Origin: Promethearchaeota archaeon
GTDB taxonomy: Archaea > Asgardarchaeota > Lokiarchaeia > Sigyniarchaeales > SOKP01
Direction: 5' to 3'
DNA length: 64,000 bases
Assembly: GCA_048937405.1 (NCBI GenBank)
Contig: JBHLNF010000014.1
Span: 9,546 to 73,545, forward strand
This document shows positions 1 to 9,446 of the stretch, piece by piece. The position numbers and the translations under genes are program-made. Positions within the stretch are counted from its first letter, which is position 1. Each line of letters begins with the position of its first letter. The notes below the pieces were generated by a model. That model made no database searches. It was not told where the DNA came from and saw only the letters and a program-made list of their open reading frames with translations.

Positions 1-342
1 GCATAAATTTCAATATTGGGAGAATCTAAATAAATTTGATATGTTTTTACTAAATGAGCTGAAATTCCATACTTTTTTTCACAAATTAACTCAGAAATTT
101 GATTAGAAAATAATTAAAAAAATTTAAAAAATCACATCCCATCCTTTTTCTGGATTATCGAAGGAATAGGCACTCCCAAACGCTTAGAAACTTAAAATAT
201 TTGATAGAAAATTTCATTTAACAAATGCCATCATTTATGCTATCTTGTATAAAAAATATAAACAAATAAATAGATGGAATAATATGTTAATCCATAACTC
301 TTTGAATTATCCAAAATATTAAATAAACAAAAATGTATAATT

Positions 343-1917
343 ATGAAAAAAAAAATATTTTTTTTAGGAATTTGTATCCTTTTAATTTCAATAGGAACGC
401 TGTTACTTAGTACAACTATTACTAGTTCTCTAAATCCCTATAATGTTGCTAATAAAAACTCGAAGAGCAGTTTAAATGAATTACCACGGATGGCACAGGA
501 TATCGCATGGAATGCAAATGGTAATCCCATTTGTATGGCAGATGAAGCTCAATCACCAATTAGAATCATTAGCGATGGAGCGGGAGGGGCCATTATAACA
601 TGGGAAGATGATAGAAACACAGATACCGATATCTATGCTCAACATATAGACTCAGATGGAAATGTACAATGGGGGTCTAATGGTATAGAAATATGTACTG
701 CAGATGAAACACAAGATAAGCCAGAAATCTGTAGTGATGGAGCGGGAGGCGCAATTATCACATGGGAAGATAGAAGGAACGGGATTTTTGATATTTATGC
801 TCAACATATAAATTCAAATGGGGTAGTACAATGGGGGAGTAATGGTATAGCTATATGTACTGCTGATGAAATACAGTCATATCCAAAAATCTGTAGCGAT
901 GGAGCGGGAGGGGCAATTATTACGTGGGAGGATGAAAGAGATGACCCCTATGCGGATGATATTTATGCTCAACATATAAATTCTAATGGGGTAGTACAAT
1001 GGGGTAGTAATGGTATAGTTATATGTGATGCAGACGATGATCAATGGTATCCAATAATCTGTAGTGATGGAGCGGGAGGGGCAATTATTACGTGGCAAGA
1101 TAGAAGGAACGGGAATTTTGATATTTATGCTCAATATATCAATCAGAATGGAATTATACAATGGATTGAAGATGGTAGACCTATATGTACAGATACTCAG
1201 GGGCAATATTCTCCAAAGATCTGTAGTGATGGCGCAGGAGGTGCTATTATCGCATGGGAGGATCTTAGAAATGGGAATTACGATATTTATGTTCAACAAA
1301 TAGATTCAAATGGACAATTACAATGGATGAATAATGGTATAGGTATATGTACCGCAACTGGTTCACAAGATTCTCAGAAGTTATGTAGTGATGGAGCGGG
1401 AGGGGCAATTATCACTTGGGAAGATTATAGGGACGTAGATAATGATGTTTATGCCCAACGTATTTCTTCTGACGGACAATTGGAATGGGTGGTTAATGGT
1501 GTAGCTATATGCACAGCAACTGACACTCAAGGGTATCCAGATATCTGTAGTGATGGCGCAGGGGGTGCTGTTATATGTTGGAATGATTATAGAAGCGGAG
1601 ATAATTGGGATTCTTATGCTCAACATATAAATTCAAGTGGAAGCGCACAATGGGTTAGTAATGGTTTAGGAATATGTACACTTGATGAAGACCAAGGAGA
1701 TGCAGTATTAAGCAGTGATGGAGAGGGAAATATCATTATCGCATGGATTGACAGAAGAAATGGAGATGATTGGGATGTTTATGCCCAAAAGATAACAGTT
1801 CCAATTCCTGACTCATCAATCAATGGTTATAGTGTTTACTTTCTTTCTCTGTCAATTTGTATAATTGTCTTAATTTTCACAATAAGAGTAAGGAGAAAGA
1901 ATAAATTAATTAATTAA
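343..1917 (+). CDS. Secreted, membrane-anchored repeat protein, probable 8-bladed beta-propeller with Loki-CTERM-like C-terminal anchor
   Basis: N-terminal basic plus hydrophobic signal (MKKKIFFLGICILL); 8 repeats of ~54 aa (SDGAGGAIITWEDxR...DIYAQHI...QW..NG..IC); C-terminal INGY + TM helix + basic tail (RVRRKNK). Confidence 0.75.
   Translation: MKKKIFFLGICILLISIGTLLLSTTITSSLNPYNVANKNSKSSLNELPRMAQDIAWNANGNPICMADEAQSPIRIISDGAGGAIITWEDDRNTDTDIYAQHIDSDGNVQWGSNGIEICTADETQDKPEICSDGAGGAIITWEDRRNGIFDIYAQHINSNGVVQWGSNGIAICTADEIQSYPKICSDGAGGAIITWEDERDDPYADDIYAQHINSNGVVQWGSNGIVICDADDDQWYPIICSDGAGGAIITWQDRRNGNFDIYAQYINQNGIIQWIEDGRPICTDTQGQYSPKICSDGAGGAIIAWEDLRNGNYDIYVQQIDSNGQLQWMNNGIGICTATGSQDSQKLCSDGAGGAIITWEDYRDVDNDVYAQRISSDGQLEWVVNGVAICTATDTQGYPDICSDGAGGAVICWNDYRSGDNWDSYAQHINSSGSAQWVSNGLGICTLDEDQGDAVLSSDGEGNIIIAWIDRRNGDDWDVYAQKITVPIPDSSINGYSVYFLSLSICIIVLIFTIRVRRKNKLIN
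574..1790 (+). repeat. Eight intragenic tandem repeats, 162-168 bp period
   Basis: GATGG(A/C)G core of the DG(A/E)G motif recurs at 574, 736, 898, 1066, 1228, 1390, 1552 and 1717. Confidence 0.9.
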
Positions 1918-1930
1918 CTAAATTTTTATC

Positions 1931-1947
1931 TTTTTTTTTGTTTTTTC
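1931..1947 (+). terminator. Oligo-T tract, probable archaeal terminator
   Basis: T-run just after the stop at 1917, between convergent genes. Confidence 0.45.
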
Positions 1948-2003
1948 ATAAAAAGACAATTTTTAAACAGTATTTTTATGAATCAGTTTCTTTTAAAGAA
2001 TTT

Positions 2004-3041
2004 TTACTTAAATAAATTATCGATAAATTTAAGAACAAATGTCTTAAGTACTGGAGTTAAATCTTTTTTCCATGCCATACCATCAAGTTTTTTTACCTTA
2101 CTTGTTTTACGAAATATTGTTATAACATTTAAGATTAAATATTTAATATTTTCCAAGGTATTACTTTGCTTGAGCTTTTCAGATAATCCTGAATGAATAT
2201 CCTCTGCCAAATTTTGAAGTAATAAATCCTTAAAATCATCAAAATTATACAGGCTCCCAAATTTAAAATAAGATGAGAGAAATTGAGACACTGCATTTTC
2301 AATTTCCTTCTCAGTTATTTCTTCTTTACTAATACAATAAGTTTTTATCATTCTCTCAATCATTAAACCTTTAAATTCAACCTCTACTTCAGTTTCATTT
2401 TTTTCTTTTTTCTTAAGCTTATTCTCTTTCTTTAGCTTTTCTTCTTTTCTAGCGAAAAGTACATCTTCATAATCTTTTACAATAATTATTGACAGACCTG
2501 AGCGAAGTATTACAATATTTGTGTTTAATTTTTCCATTTCATGATAATACGTAGGAACATTATCAATATGTCTTTCCAAAATATCTTCGATATTTAATTT
2601 TTCAGATTCATATGGACTAAAAAAAATTTCATAAAGTGCACTTAAATTGTGTTCTCTAATATCTTTTTTTAGTAATTTTCTTATATATTTATCATATTCA
2701 AGAAAAAATTTGAAGATACAATCATCTACGGCTAAACTTAAATTATTATATGGATACTGTGCTCTACTTAAGTATTTTTTGTACTCTAATCGAATTTTCT
2801 GAGCACGGATCCATTCAAAAGCTAAATCTAAGAGTTCATTTTCTTCTTGTAATTTATCTCTGAAGTAAACTAGCGTATTGTAAACATGATTATAATTTAA
2901 ACTAACGGATTGGTTTACTAGAAATTGAGCAATAATCTGAGTTGGTCCCGCATAGTTGAATTGTCCTTTTAACCTCTCATAGTACCTTAATAACTTATCC
3001 TTTTCAATTTTATAAATTTCTTCAATGCTTAAATTATCCAT
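2004..3041 (-). CDS. Hypothetical helical protein
   Basis: 345-aa ORF, 27 bp downstream of 3069..4109; no motif recognised. Confidence 0.7.
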   Translation of the reverse strand: MDNLSIEEIYKIEKDKLLRYYERLKGQFNYAGPTQIIAQFLVNQSVSLNYNHVYNTLVYFRDKLQEENELLDLAFEWIRAQKIRLEYKKYLSRAQYPYNNLSLAVDDCIFKFFLEYDKYIRKLLKKDIREHNLSALYEIFFSPYESEKLNIEDILERHIDNVPTYYHEMEKLNTNIVILRSGLSIIIVKDYEDVLFARKEEKLKKENKLKKKEKNETEVEVEFKGLMIERMIKTYCISKEEITEKEIENAVSQFLSSYFKFGSLYNFDDFKDLLLQNLAEDIHSGLSEKLKQSNTLENIKYLILNVITIFRKTSKVKKLDGMAWKKDLTPVLKTFVLKFIDNLFK

Positions 3042-3068
3042 TTTGATTTTTTACTCTCTAAGCTGTAA

Positions 3069-4109
3069 TTAATCTGATTTATCAAGAATCAATCCTATTC
3101 TATTTAATTCTTCATCTGATATTGTTCCCCATCGTTCAGAAGTAAAATGTGGATTTATTAAATTAAGAGATTCTTTGATATTTTTGTGTTTATCCAATAT
3201 AATTCGTAAATTTTTTTTATAATATGATAAATATTTGTTTTCATTTGATTCTTCAACTTGCTGGACCAAAATGACTCCATAACTTTTTGATATATCATTT
3301 TCGAGGGTAAATTCTTCCAAATATAATACTCTTTTATCCTGATATTTTAATTTTATGTTCCGAATATTAGGATATATTCCTTTTTTTTCATAAACTTTTA
3401 ATGTTTCGTTTATTAGGTTTTCGTAGTAATCTGGTAAAATTGCCATTATATAGTAGGAAGGAATGTAATCTAAATAGACTTTTTTCAGAGGATCATCCTT
3501 GTCAAAAGTATAAAGGTTTGAAACTCTCTTATCTTGTCCAATTTCTCTCTCGATTAATCCAATACAATAATATTTCTGCTCCTCTTCCCAATATGCCTTT
3601 CTAGATTCCCCTAAAGAATATTCAATTAGATTAATCCCCCTTTCTAATTCACTATTTATCAACTTATTGAAATCAAATCGTTCACCCAATAGATTTTCAT
3701 TAACAGTTTTACTTTGAATGATGCTTGGATGTATATATTTCGAAATTTCGTCAGATATTAGTTTGACATCTTCAGTGTATGGTGTACTAATTAAGGCAAA
3801 GAGGTTCGTAGTTCCTTCTTTAGTTTCCTCAGAAGAATTTAATGTGAAAAATGATTGAAGTACATCTGCTTCATCTACAGCTGTATCCTGTAAAGCAAGT
3901 GAGGCTTCTATAAACTCAATCTTCCAATTTACTCCCTTGGTAGTAGCAGCAGTTAAAAAAACTGGACCGAGAAATTTATATGAGAACATTTTAATATCGT
4001 TTATTTTCATATCAGTAAAATTCTCAGAATATCTAATATGATCAAACACCAAATTATCTTCATCGGCAAAGAAAAGACCAAGAATGATTTTTTCATGACT
4101 TCTCATCAT
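3069..4109 (-). CDS. Hypothetical protein
   Basis: 346-aa ORF, head-to-head with the Rab-like GTPase gene; no firm motif. Confidence 0.7.
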   Translation of the reverse strand: MMRSHEKIILGLFFADEDNLVFDHIRYSENFTDMKINDIKMFSYKFLGPVFLTAATTKGVNWKIEFIEASLALQDTAVDEADVLQSFFTLNSSEETKEGTTNLFALISTPYTEDVKLISDEISKYIHPSIIQSKTVNENLLGERFDFNKLINSELERGINLIEYSLGESRKAYWEEEQKYYCIGLIEREIGQDKRVSNLYTFDKDDPLKKVYLDYIPSYYIMAILPDYYENLINETLKVYEKKGIYPNIRNIKLKYQDKRVLYLEEFTLENDISKSYGVILVQQVEESNENKYLSYYKKNLRIILDKHKNIKESLNLINPHFTSERWGTISDEELNRIGLILDKSD

Positions 4110-4437
4110 TAACTCAATTAGCAGTATGTACTTTTAGTCCTAATAAATAATAATATCAAATGTTTTAAGTTTAAGTGTTTCGAAAATAAGAAAATTAAAT
4201 TTAAGGAATCATTGAATTTAGTTTTAAAAAGTATTGGAAAATGTATGTTCTTATATTTTAAAAAAAAAAAAAGTTACAATATTTAAAAAGTATAAAAATC
4301 ATTTAAGTTATAACTTAAGAGGTATAATAATATAAATATTTAAATTGATTTATTTTACCTAATTGCTTATAGGTTTAATTAATTATATAATAAAAATTTA
4401 GCGGATAAAAGAAACTATTAATAGAGCGTGATCACTA

Positions 4438-4968
4438 TTGGTTTCATATGATTATACTTTCAAGATATTGCTTCTAGGAGATGCTAGCGTCGGGAAAACC
4501 TCTTTTACAAAAAGATATTGCTATAATATCTTCAATCCAAGTGAAAGATTAACTATTGGTGTAGATTTTCATGTCAAAACAATTGAATTAAATAACAATC
4601 GAATTAAATTACAATTATGGGATGTTGGAGGCGAAGAACGCTTCCGATTTCTATTACCTACCTATTGTCTTGGTGCAAACGCAGCATTTTTATTATATGA
4701 TATTACTAGGCCTTCTACATTAGATAATATTTCAGAGTGGATAACTATCGTGAGACAAAAGGGTGGACCTATCCCTATTATGCTTGTTGGTTCAAAATTA
4801 GATCTTGAAAAATCCCAACGGCAAGTTCAAAGGGATTACGGAATTCAAATCGCTGAAAAAAACGATATGGCTAGCTTTGTTGAGATTTCAGCAAAGGAAA
4901 ATATTAATGTGGATGATGCTTTTAAAGTTCTTACTGAACTCACATTAGACCGGATAAGTAATAGGTGA
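4438..4968 (+). CDS. Rab-like small GTPase with atypical G3/G4 motifs
   Basis: G1 GDASVGKT, G2 TIGVDF, G3 WDVGGE, G4 SKLD, G5 ISAK; no C-terminal Cys. Confidence 0.92.
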   Translation: MVSYDYTFKILLLGDASVGKTSFTKRYCYNIFNPSERLTIGVDFHVKTIELNNNRIKLQLWDVGGEERFRFLLPTYCLGANAAFLLYDITRPSTLDNISEWITIVRQKGGPIPIMLVGSKLDLEKSQRQVQRDYGIQIAEKNDMASFVEISAKENINVDDAFKVLTELTLDRISNR

Positions 4969-4972
4969 TATA

Positions 4973-5935
4973 ATGCAAGATACCGAATATTTACCTCTTA
5001 ACCAATTATTTGATTCCATTGGTATTATTGAAAAAGGAATTGAGAGAATCTATCATTATCTCCTTTTAAACAGGAGGATTGATAATTTAAAGGAGGTATG
5101 TGATCAATTTAGTCTCTCATTAAAAAGAGGATATAAAATTTGCTCGGTATTAAGTGAATTAGGTCTTGTACAAATATATGATAGACCTATGAAAATCCAC
5201 ATTGCTACTCCTATAATGACTCTTTGGCAAAATTTAATCCAAAAGCGAATTGAAGATCTTAGAAATCAATTCCATGAAAAAAAGGATAAATGTGAATCTG
5301 CAATTGAAGATTTCATTCGAAATTATAAATTGGGTGAGGAAATTATCCAAGAACCTGTTGAGTTCATTAATTACAACATAAGCAATTTTGATGAGTCATA
5401 TCATCATTTTACAGCTCCAAGTGAATGCAAAATTGCTATAGGTATCAGATATGATAATCCTTTGGTTTCAATGATACAAAAAAATCAATTAAAAAATCTT
5501 CCTAGTGATCAAAGGGGCTCTATGCAAGTAGGTATGAATAGAATCAAAGATAATTTAAGAACTATCACTGTGAAAGTAATATTCAGTTCTGAAGTTGCCA
5601 AGGATTTATTGATCAGCGAAGAATTTAAACTTCTTTCGAATTATATGGAACCTTATAATATGGTATTTGATAAAATTGAAATTCATGTTACAGATGAAGC
5701 ATTCAGTAATTTTAGTTTAACTGATAATGAACTTATTCAGCCTAGCTTTGATCCAACAAATATTTTGATTGGTACTTATATCTCCCGAAATAAAAATATT
5801 TATCAAATTTTTCTTGATAAATTTAATGAAATTTATGAAAATGGAATTCCAATAAAGCAATTTCTTGCTGAGCAAAAGGAAATTGGCATTGATTCCTTAA
5901 CTCAAACACAATTGTTTGTCCTTTGTGTAATGTGA
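4973..5935 (+). CDS. TrmB-like transcriptional regulator (N-terminal wHTH plus C-terminal sensing domain)
   Basis: N-terminus resembles the TrmB HTH (RIYHYLL...LKRGYKICSVLSELGLVQ..DRP), then a coiled coil and an alpha/beta domain; 4 bp after the GTPase gene. Confidence 0.6.
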   Translation: MQDTEYLPLNQLFDSIGIIEKGIERIYHYLLLNRRIDNLKEVCDQFSLSLKRGYKICSVLSELGLVQIYDRPMKIHIATPIMTLWQNLIQKRIEDLRNQFHEKKDKCESAIEDFIRNYKLGEEIIQEPVEFINYNISNFDESYHHFTAPSECKIAIGIRYDNPLVSMIQKNQLKNLPSDQRGSMQVGMNRIKDNLRTITVKVIFSSEVAKDLLISEEFKLLSNYMEPYNMVFDKIEIHVTDEAFSNFSLTDNELIQPSFDPTNILIGTYISRNKNIYQIFLDKFNEIYENGIPIKQFLAEQKEIGIDSLTQTQLFVLCVM

Positions 5936-5970
5936 ATAATAAAATAAATAAAATAAAAATTTAAAAAAAA

Positions 5971-7497
5971 TTACTCTTTACTTTTTCTTTTCATTGCTTG
6001 CCCAAATTTTTCAAGCATTTTTCGAGGGGTTACAGTTGGTCTTTCATATTTTTTTAATTTTGATTTAATCCCAAATAAGTATTTGGCTATATTCTTTAAC
6101 GTTTCTACATCGTATCGTGTCATCATTGTTATAGTCTCCATCTGTGGTGAACCTCCTCCATGAAGTCCTGCTACTTGTGATAATCCTGCTAAATCAGAAA
6201 CTATAAGATTTTCAATACCCCTAAAGCATTTTTCTATATTTTCTGGTTTTACTCGAGGATTTCTTTTTAAATACTTCATAGCAAGATCACCAACTTCCTC
6301 ACTATAAAATGTTTCTTCATATGGTAAGGTAGCAATAAGTCCTCCAGATAAATCTGCCACAATTTCATATTCCTTATAAATCATTTCCCCAGCTAGTCGT
6401 CTACCTGCATTAGTAAGTATCTCATCTGGAATTTGTGTACCTGATGGAGATTTCTCAGAATGTTTAGCACTCGATTCACCTGCAGCAAAAACTAATTCTG
6501 CTGTTCCTACAAGATGGGAAATTTTTTCTCTAACATGAGCTGCTTTTTCGATACCATTATATTCTGCAACTAGGGCTGCTGCGCTTGCTAATACTTCTGA
6601 CATAGCAGGTTTGCATCCGGTATAACTATGACGATGATAATGTGCAAACATTAGTGCTAGAAAACCTGCATATGGTGTTTGACGAGGATCACTATTACCA
6701 TTCAGGAAAATTCTTTCGTTAGGAACAAATACATCATCAAAAATTATGAATGTTTCAGCATCACCTATCTGACTCTGAGGTGGCTTATTTCTACTTTCTC
6801 TTATCCAAGCGGGTCTTGTGAGTAATTTAACTCCATCCCAATCTGCTGGTAAAGCAAATGCTACGGCATAATCTTTATCTTCTGGACCCATAAACCTACA
6901 AGGAACAGCAACCAATTCATCAGCATAAGGTGTATTGGTTATATTGATTTTACATCCTCTCACAATGATTCCGTCATCTCGGGTTTCTATAACTCTTAGA
7001 TATTGATCCAGATCTTCTTGTTCATGAGGTCGTTTTAAACGATCTCCTTTTGCATCCGTTTGAGCACAACTCGCTACTAGATCTCGATCTTGAAAATATT
7101 CCATATATTTTAAGAATCTTTTATAATGATCAGTTCCAAGAGCTTGGTCCATTTCATAAGTGATAACTGATAATGCATTTAAAGCATCGATACCCATACA
7201 TCGTTGGATGCATCCACCAACACGATGACATAGTAATCTAGTCATTTTTTGTTTTTTTAACAGATCTTCTTCGCTTTGATGTATATTGCAAAAGCGATTT
7301 ATTTTTTTACCAGTTATATGAGAAGTTGCTGTACATAGATCTTCATATTCTGGATCGGTAGCCCTTTCAAATGATTCCCTTATAATATTCATACCTCCTT
7401 TAAGGCGATAGTCATCTCTGCCAACTTTTTCATCACCAATATATACATTTGGTTTCATCTTTATTAGATCTTCAACATATTCTTCATAAGTACGCAT
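5971..7497 (-). CDS. abfD: 4-hydroxybutyryl-CoA dehydratase / vinylacetyl-CoA isomerase family
   Basis: CIQRC and HYHRHSYTGCK [4Fe-4S] ligand motifs, AQTDAKGDR, HGGGSP. Confidence 0.85.
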   Translation of the reverse strand: MRTYEEYVEDLIKMKPNVYIGDEKVGRDDYRLKGGMNIIRESFERATDPEYEDLCTATSHITGKKINRFCNIHQSEEDLLKKQKMTRLLCHRVGGCIQRCMGIDALNALSVITYEMDQALGTDHYKRFLKYMEYFQDRDLVASCAQTDAKGDRLKRPHEQEDLDQYLRVIETRDDGIIVRGCKINITNTPYADELVAVPCRFMGPEDKDYAVAFALPADWDGVKLLTRPAWIRESRNKPPQSQIGDAETFIIFDDVFVPNERIFLNGNSDPRQTPYAGFLALMFAHYHRHSYTGCKPAMSEVLASAAALVAEYNGIEKAAHVREKISHLVGTAELVFAAGESSAKHSEKSPSGTQIPDEILTNAGRRLAGEMIYKEYEIVADLSGGLIATLPYEETFYSEEVGDLAMKYLKRNPRVKPENIEKCFRGIENLIVSDLAGLSQVAGLHGGGSPQMETITMMTRYDVETLKNIAKYLFGIKSKLKKYERPTVTPRKMLEKFGQAMKRKSKE

Positions 7498-7798
7498 TAT
7501 AATCTACTCATTAGATTTTATTAATAAATTTAAATTAAAACAATATAGATAATTGAAAATTGATTATAAAGTAAACGCCTAAGATACTAAATCCTAGAGG
7601 TTTTTAAATCTATATAATATTAGGGTTTTCTTCTATCAACAATATATTGAAATTTTTTTCTGAATAATGTCAAATCAAAGATTTTTTCGAATTAATATTG
7701 AAAATAAAATTTATTCACTAGATTTGTTATATAATCCCATTATATTATGCCTTGAAAATTTATAAAATTTGAATGATTTAAAAAAAAGTTTTATAATT

Positions 7799-8089
7799 TT
7801 AATAAACACCACGGTTTCTAAATTGGAGTTTATTTTTCAATTTTTCTATTGGTATTTTTTCTTCTAAGTATTTAGGATTATATTTAGATTTTTGAATTAA
7901 TTTTAATAATGCTTTCTTAATTGGTTTTTCCCTTATTTGTGGTTCTATCTTTTTAACTAATTCTTCTTGTGGTGGTACTTCATATTCCTCAATTTTTTTC
8001 AGTTCAATGGAGAATTCTTCTAAAGTTAAAAATCCCTCCAACTCATTAGTCTCTAAATTTTTTTTTTCTTTTTCTAAAATTTGCACCAA
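7799..8089 (-). CDS. Small basic hypothetical protein
   Basis: 96-aa ORF preceded by an SD-like GGAGGGTGA. Confidence 0.55.
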   Translation of the reverse strand: MVQILEKEKKNLETNELEGFLTLEEFSIELKKIEEYEVPPQEELVKKIEPQIREKPIKKALLKLIQKSKYNPKYLEEKIPIEKLKNKLQFRNRGVY

Positions 8090-8271
8090 TTTTTATCACC
8101 CTCCCTTATTTTTTTACAAGTTCAAAGATAATATATTATAAAAATATATTTTTAGTTTATGCTCTAGAACTTTAAATGGATTTTTGGACAAGTTTGAGAT
8201 TTTAAAAAAATAAAGAAGAAATTACAAATTTAACAAAAAGTCAGTAAATAAAATTAGCAAATAGAAATCGA

Positions 8272-8829
8272 TTATTCAACTAATAATTCTCTATTAACTT
8301 GATATAACTTATCAATAATATAATTGAAAGCTTCTATAACCCCTTGACCAGTTTTTGCAGATGTTATATAATACCCTACCATATTTAGTTTATTAACTAA
8401 TTCTTGAATATTTGAATGATCTAAAGTCTTTTCATCAATTAAATCTACTTTATTAGCAAAAAGAACAACAGGTATATTTCCACAAAATTGAAGAATATCT
8501 TCCTTCCAATTTGATATATGGTTGAAACTTGCGACACCAAAATCATTCTCTTCTAGACTATATACAATAATAGCAGCTTTACTATTCTTAAAAAAAGAGG
8601 GTCGAGCGAAACTAAAATCGTCTTGTGCTGCTATATCCCAGAATAATAACTTAACTTTATTTCCATCAATTTCTTTGTCATATACAGAGAATTGAGCTCC
8701 AATTGTCCTTATATAATCCTCTTGAAAAGCACCTTGAGTAAATTTTTGAATGAGGGTCGTTTTTCCTACCCTTCCATCCCCTATTAGAATTATTTTAAAT
8801 GTGAATTTCAATTTAGGTATCTTCATCAA
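8272..8829 (-). CDS. Rab-like small GTPase
   Basis: GDGRVGKT, TIGAQF, WDIAAQ, NKVD, TSAK. Confidence 0.92.
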   Translation of the reverse strand: MMKIPKLKFTFKIILIGDGRVGKTTLIQKFTQGAFQEDYIRTIGAQFSVYDKEIDGNKVKLLFWDIAAQDDFSFARPSFFKNSKAAIIVYSLEENDFGVASFNHISNWKEDILQFCGNIPVVLFANKVDLIDEKTLDHSNIQELVNKLNMVGYYITSAKTGQGVIEAFNYIIDKLYQVNRELLVE

Positions 8830-9004
8830 TTCTTCTAATAGAATTAGTAATGGTGTTTGTTGTTTAAATTAAGATTAGTTTTAACTAAATATAAAAGTAT
8901 GTATTTCTTGTGATTATAAAATAAGTATAAATATCAAATTCAGCGTAACATCTAAAATAAAAGGATTAATTATGAATTTAGGATTATTAATAAAATAAAA
9001 AAGA

Positions 9005-9279
9005 AATTTCATAAGTTAGAGAGGTGGTGAATAGGGCAAATCAAATAAGCTAATATATTCAAAATGGGGTTTTAAGCAGCCAATTACTCGCGTAAGATGA
9101 AGATTTCTGAAAGCATTTTATCAGAATCAGTAACTGACGCAATAGAATTAGAATATATTTGATATCCTGAGAATAAAATAGAAAAGAGAGCTCGTATTGT
9201 CATCTTATTATAACAATCGAGCTCTCCTCTACTGCTGCCTATACCTCCCATGTCTTTCTCGCCCTCTAACCTTGAAATT
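9005..9279. ncRNA. Candidate structured non-coding RNA (or decayed MITE-like element)
   Basis: Locally GC-richer intergenic segment with nested complementarity: 9005-9026/9260-9279, 9064-9080/9234-9251, hairpins 9090-9140 and 9186-9226. Confidence 0.4.
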
Positions 9280-9301
9280 ATACTTTCAAAATTGAAAGTA
9301 T
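9280..9301. promoter_or_regulatory. Perfect 10-bp inverted repeat, possible operator
   Basis: ATACTTTCAA-AA-TTGAAAGTAT, about 145 bp upstream of the wHTH-TPR gene. Confidence 0.3.
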
Positions 9302-9446
9302 TATTAATTATTACAGTAAGATCCAATAAATAGTTAATTTTAGTGAAGTCTATGCGGAGTCCTGGAGCAAGTATGGATCATAAAGTATAAATAGAGTTTA
9401 ATTCAATATTCACTTAAGAATTATTTTTATAATAATTATTTTAAGT

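Noticed and set aside
574-1790. Regular repeats as a CRISPR array
   Set aside because: The period of 162-168 bp is in frame within a protein, there are no unique spacers and no cas genes.
4260-4272. A13 homopolymer as a phase-variation switch
   Set aside because: Long A/T runs are frequent throughout this AT-rich sequence, and there is no evidence of length variation.
9005-9279. Identification as RNase P RNA, SRP RNA or a SECIS element
   Set aside because: GAGGAGAGCUC on the minus strand only loosely resembles RNase P CR-I and lacks the partner motif; there is no SRP GGAA helix-8 loop; it is not in a 3' UTR and lacks the second GA of a SECIS core.
9084-9326. 80-aa ORF on the minus strand
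   Set aside because: TTG start, no recognisable motif, and it overlaps the self-complementary element; probably spurious.
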